Below are positions 61,608 to 64,000 of a DNA stretch of 64,000 nucleotides, piece after piece. The notes beneath the pieces are model-generated. The model worked only from the letters and a program-made list of their open reading frames with translations, ran no database searches and was not told the origin of the DNA. Each line of letters opens with the position of its first letter. The stretch's first letter is position 1. This DNA comes from Armatimonadota bacterium. GTDB taxonomy: Bacteria; Armatimonadota; SYMT01. The stretch spans positions 192,001-256,000 of the forward strand of contig JAWLHY010000005.1 of assembly GCA_041690135.1 (NCBI GenBank), read 5' to 3'. Position numbers and translations under genes: made by a program.

Positions 61608-61638
61608 GCCGGGGCGCCCGAATGGGCGCCCCGGTTTG
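61608..61638 (+). terminator. Terminator after GS III
   Basis: CCGGGGCGCCC-GAAT-GGGCGCCCCGG followed by TTT. Confidence 0.7.
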
Positions 61639-61722
61639 CTGTGACCCGCTCATGAAGACCCCTCACGGTGATGGAAGTGCGATACGCTGGTTAACTGGGG
61701 AGCAGTCCCCGCAGGAGGCAGG

Positions 61723-63198
61723 ATGGTAACGATCCGCGAACAGCTCGAAACCCGCGAAAGCCCGTCGACCCACCAGAAGGCGCTCGACATCAACCTCGAC
61801 CCGGCCAAGTACGGCACGTTTGCCGAAATCGGCGCCGGACAGGAAGTGGTCCGGTGGTTCTTCCGGGCCGGAGCCGCCGCGGGCACCATCGCCAAGAGCA
61901 TCTCGGCGTACGACATGACGGTGAGCGACGCCATCTACGGCCCCTCGGAGCGGTACGTCTCCGCCGAGCGGCTGCAGAAGATGCTCGATTACGAGTACGC
62001 GCTGGAGTGCGAGCGTTTGCAGGAGAAGCGTGGCTCCAGTACGGAGTTTTTCGTTTTTGCGGACACCGTCAAAGCGCAGAGTTTTCTCGGCACTAACGAA
62101 TGCCACGGCTGGATGGGAATCAAGTACCAGACGGCCCCTAACTCCCCCACCAGCCAGATCGTGATCCACGTGCGGATGCTCGATAAGGAGGCGGTGCAGC
62201 AGCAGGAAGCACTCGGCATCATCGGCGTGAACCTGGTATACGGCGCGTTCTACCTCCATCACGATCCCGAGCAGTTGATGGAGTCGCTCCTGGACGGCCT
62301 CACCCCGGAGCGGATCGAAGTGGATATGATCCGGTTCTCGGGTCTGGGATTTGAGAACGTCGACCACCGCCTGATGAGCCTGAAGCTCGTCCACAAGGGG
62401 CTGAGTGACGCGGCGATGTTTTCCGCCTCGGGAGAGGTGCTCCAGCCCTCGGAAGTGCTCTACAAAAAGGCGCTCCTGGTGGAGCGGGGCAGCTTCCGGC
62501 CGGTTACCCACGTTAACGTGGACATGCTCGAATCGGCGCGGATGCAATTTCTCCGGGAGCCGAAGGTCCAGGGCGAAGAGGTGGTCGTGCTGATGGAGCT
62601 GACCATGCGGAACCTTCTGGCCCAGGGCGAGCTGGACTACGACGATTTCCTCGCGCGGGCAGAGGTGCTGGCGGCCACCGGCGCCACCGTCTTGATCTCC
62701 GATTTTGCGGAGTACTACCGGCTGGCGGCTTACCTCCACCGGTACACGCACAAGATGATCGGGATCGTGATGGGGATTCCCAGCCTGATCGCCCTGTGCG
62801 ACGACCAGTACTACGGCGAACTCGAAGGCGGGATCCTGGAGTCGTTCGGTCGCCTCTTCAAGCACGACCTGAAGCTGTACGCCTATCCCTGGCTGAACCA
62901 GAAGACCGGCGAGTTGGTGACGGTTCAAAAGCTGCGTGCCGCCCCCCACCTGCGGCACCTGTACGAACACCTGGTGGAGAACCGGTGCATCGAGTCGCTG
63001 GACTTCTACAACCGCGACTACCTCCACATCTTCTCGCGGGACGTGCTGTGCCTGATCCGGGACGGCGATCCCCGTTGGGAAACGATGGTCCCCGCGCCCG
63101 TGGCCGAGCGGATCAAGCAGAAGGGCTTCTTCGGTTACGGAACTTCACCACGGAGTCACGGAGACACGGAGAAGATCACGGAGAGATTGGAAAGGTAA
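61723..63198 (+). CDS. Conserved nucleotidyltransferase-like protein (nicotinate-nucleotide adenylyltransferase-related)
   Basis: YGTFAEIGAGQEV, CHGWMG, RGSFRPVT.VN (HIGH-like), WETMVP..VA..IK. Confidence 0.7.
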   Translation: MVTIREQLETRESPSTHQKALDINLDPAKYGTFAEIGAGQEVVRWFFRAGAAAGTIAKSISAYDMTVSDAIYGPSERYVSAERLQKMLDYEYALECERLQEKRGSSTEFFVFADTVKAQSFLGTNECHGWMGIKYQTAPNSPTSQIVIHVRMLDKEAVQQQEALGIIGVNLVYGAFYLHHDPEQLMESLLDGLTPERIEVDMIRFSGLGFENVDHRLMSLKLVHKGLSDAAMFSASGEVLQPSEVLYKKALLVERGSFRPVTHVNVDMLESARMQFLREPKVQGEEVVVLMELTMRNLLAQGELDYDDFLARAEVLAATGATVLISDFAEYYRLAAYLHRYTHKMIGIVMGIPSLIALCDDQYYGELEGGILESFGRLFKHDLKLYAYPWLNQKTGELVTVQKLRAAPHLRHLYEHLVENRCIESLDFYNRDYLHIFSRDVLCLIRDGDPRWETMVPAPVAERIKQKGFFGYGTSPRSHGDTEKITERLER

Positions 63199-63264
63199 CC
63201 TTCGGGGCTCCGTGTGGAAGCCTCCCCCGTGTGGAGCGACGCCAATCTCAAGTTCCGGGGCGGG

Positions 63265-63658
63265 TCACCTGTCCGAGATCCTAGCGTGGGTGGATTGAAT
63301 TCGGATCGTCAGCTCGCTCAGGTTGTGCGTCCAGAAGAGAGTCAGGCCGCGGGCCTGGGCATCCTCCAGGTTGTGGAGTTTGTAAACGCCGCTGAGGACG
63401 GCGGCCGGCACTACCTGCCGCCGTCCGAAGTCGGTGCGCCACGTTTCCGCTTTGGCCGCGGCGTCGTTGTTGAGGCGCTTGACGGAGTGGATCGCCGAGT
63501 TGGAGACTTTGCACTCGACCGGCATGACCCGGTCGTCCCAGAGGCGAATGAGGAAGTCCGCCTTTCGGGTTCCCAGGATGCTCTCCCCACAGAACTCTCC
63601 CCTACCTCCGCAGTTCACTGCGGAGCTGTTCGGTGCTCCAACGCGGCGGATCGATCAT
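63265..63658 (-). pseudogene. XamI-family restriction endonuclease remnant (internal deletion)
   Basis: N-terminus MIDPPRWSTEQL joined out of frame to GEFCGES..RKAD..ECKVSNS..SVKRLNNDAA.KA..LSGVYK..FW.H. Confidence 0.75.
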
Positions 63659-63870
63659 ACGTCCCCTCGTTCCAGTACCCTCCGGAGCGGGAACCAGGAG
63701 GCGTTCCACTTCGCGAGGTTCGAACTTCGTGATTCCGTCGGCGTAGGTGCGGCCGGACGCCTGTGAGGGTAGTCCGGGTGAGATAGGCGGCCAGGTTTCG
63801 CAGGGCACGCTCGCTCAACGGCTCCCGGGGATAGAGGCCGTGGGCGATATTGATGTGGCGGGCATCCGAA
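63655..63870 (-). pseudogene. DNA methyltransferase C-terminal remnant (frameshifted)
   Basis: ARHINIAHGLYPREPL and GRTYADGITKFEPREVERL in different frames, abutting the endonuclease ATG. Confidence 0.65.
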
Positions 63871-64000
63871 GCCCCTCGGGGCCTTCGGCCGCGAGTCGGG
63901 TCAAATAGGACCAGTGCCGTTCCGATTCCATCCGCTCGCGGCGAAGGGTGTGCGTCCCTTCCGGTCGATCCAGTTCGTCAAGGTTCGCCACCCGTCGCAG

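Overview
GC-rich bacterial chromosome segment. An Armatimonadota-like diderm is inferred from the exosortase/EpsI pair, the DUF1559 prepilin-type protein and the beta-barrel protein; the taxon is not certain. Core content: exosortase-EpsI-SLBB polysaccharide export genes, an ECF-type sigma factor, hisH-hisA-hisF-hisI, pdhA-pdhB-pdhC plus a second fused E1alpha/beta, mutL, dcd, a hopanoid operon (shc-hpnH-hpnA-ispH-hpnG-like), GS type III and a large FG-GAP/11xFN3 surface protein. Main features missed by the ORF track: (1) three minus-strand genes with an in-frame UGA, each followed by a SECIS-like hairpin, namely a TlpA-like UxxC redoxin, a secreted beta-barrel 'transporter' with AQG-U-VVAR (candidate unusual selenoprotein) and a rhomboid-like protein (weaker case); (2) an apparently leaderless His-rich leader peptide with an attenuator upstream of hisH; (3) a GxxExxY PD-(D/E)xK gene inserted in the hopanoid operon between two homologous ~250-bp palindrome-ended units whose arm motif recurs as solo copies elsewhere; (4) a 153-bp MITE with 19-bp TIRs and a 10-bp TSD disrupting a four-helix-bundle gene and carrying a nested REP-like repeat; (5) several short-period (7/8-mer) and REP-like repeat families, some translated into proteins; (6) a decayed XamI-type restriction-modification system. 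No rRNA, tRNA or CRISPR array was seen.
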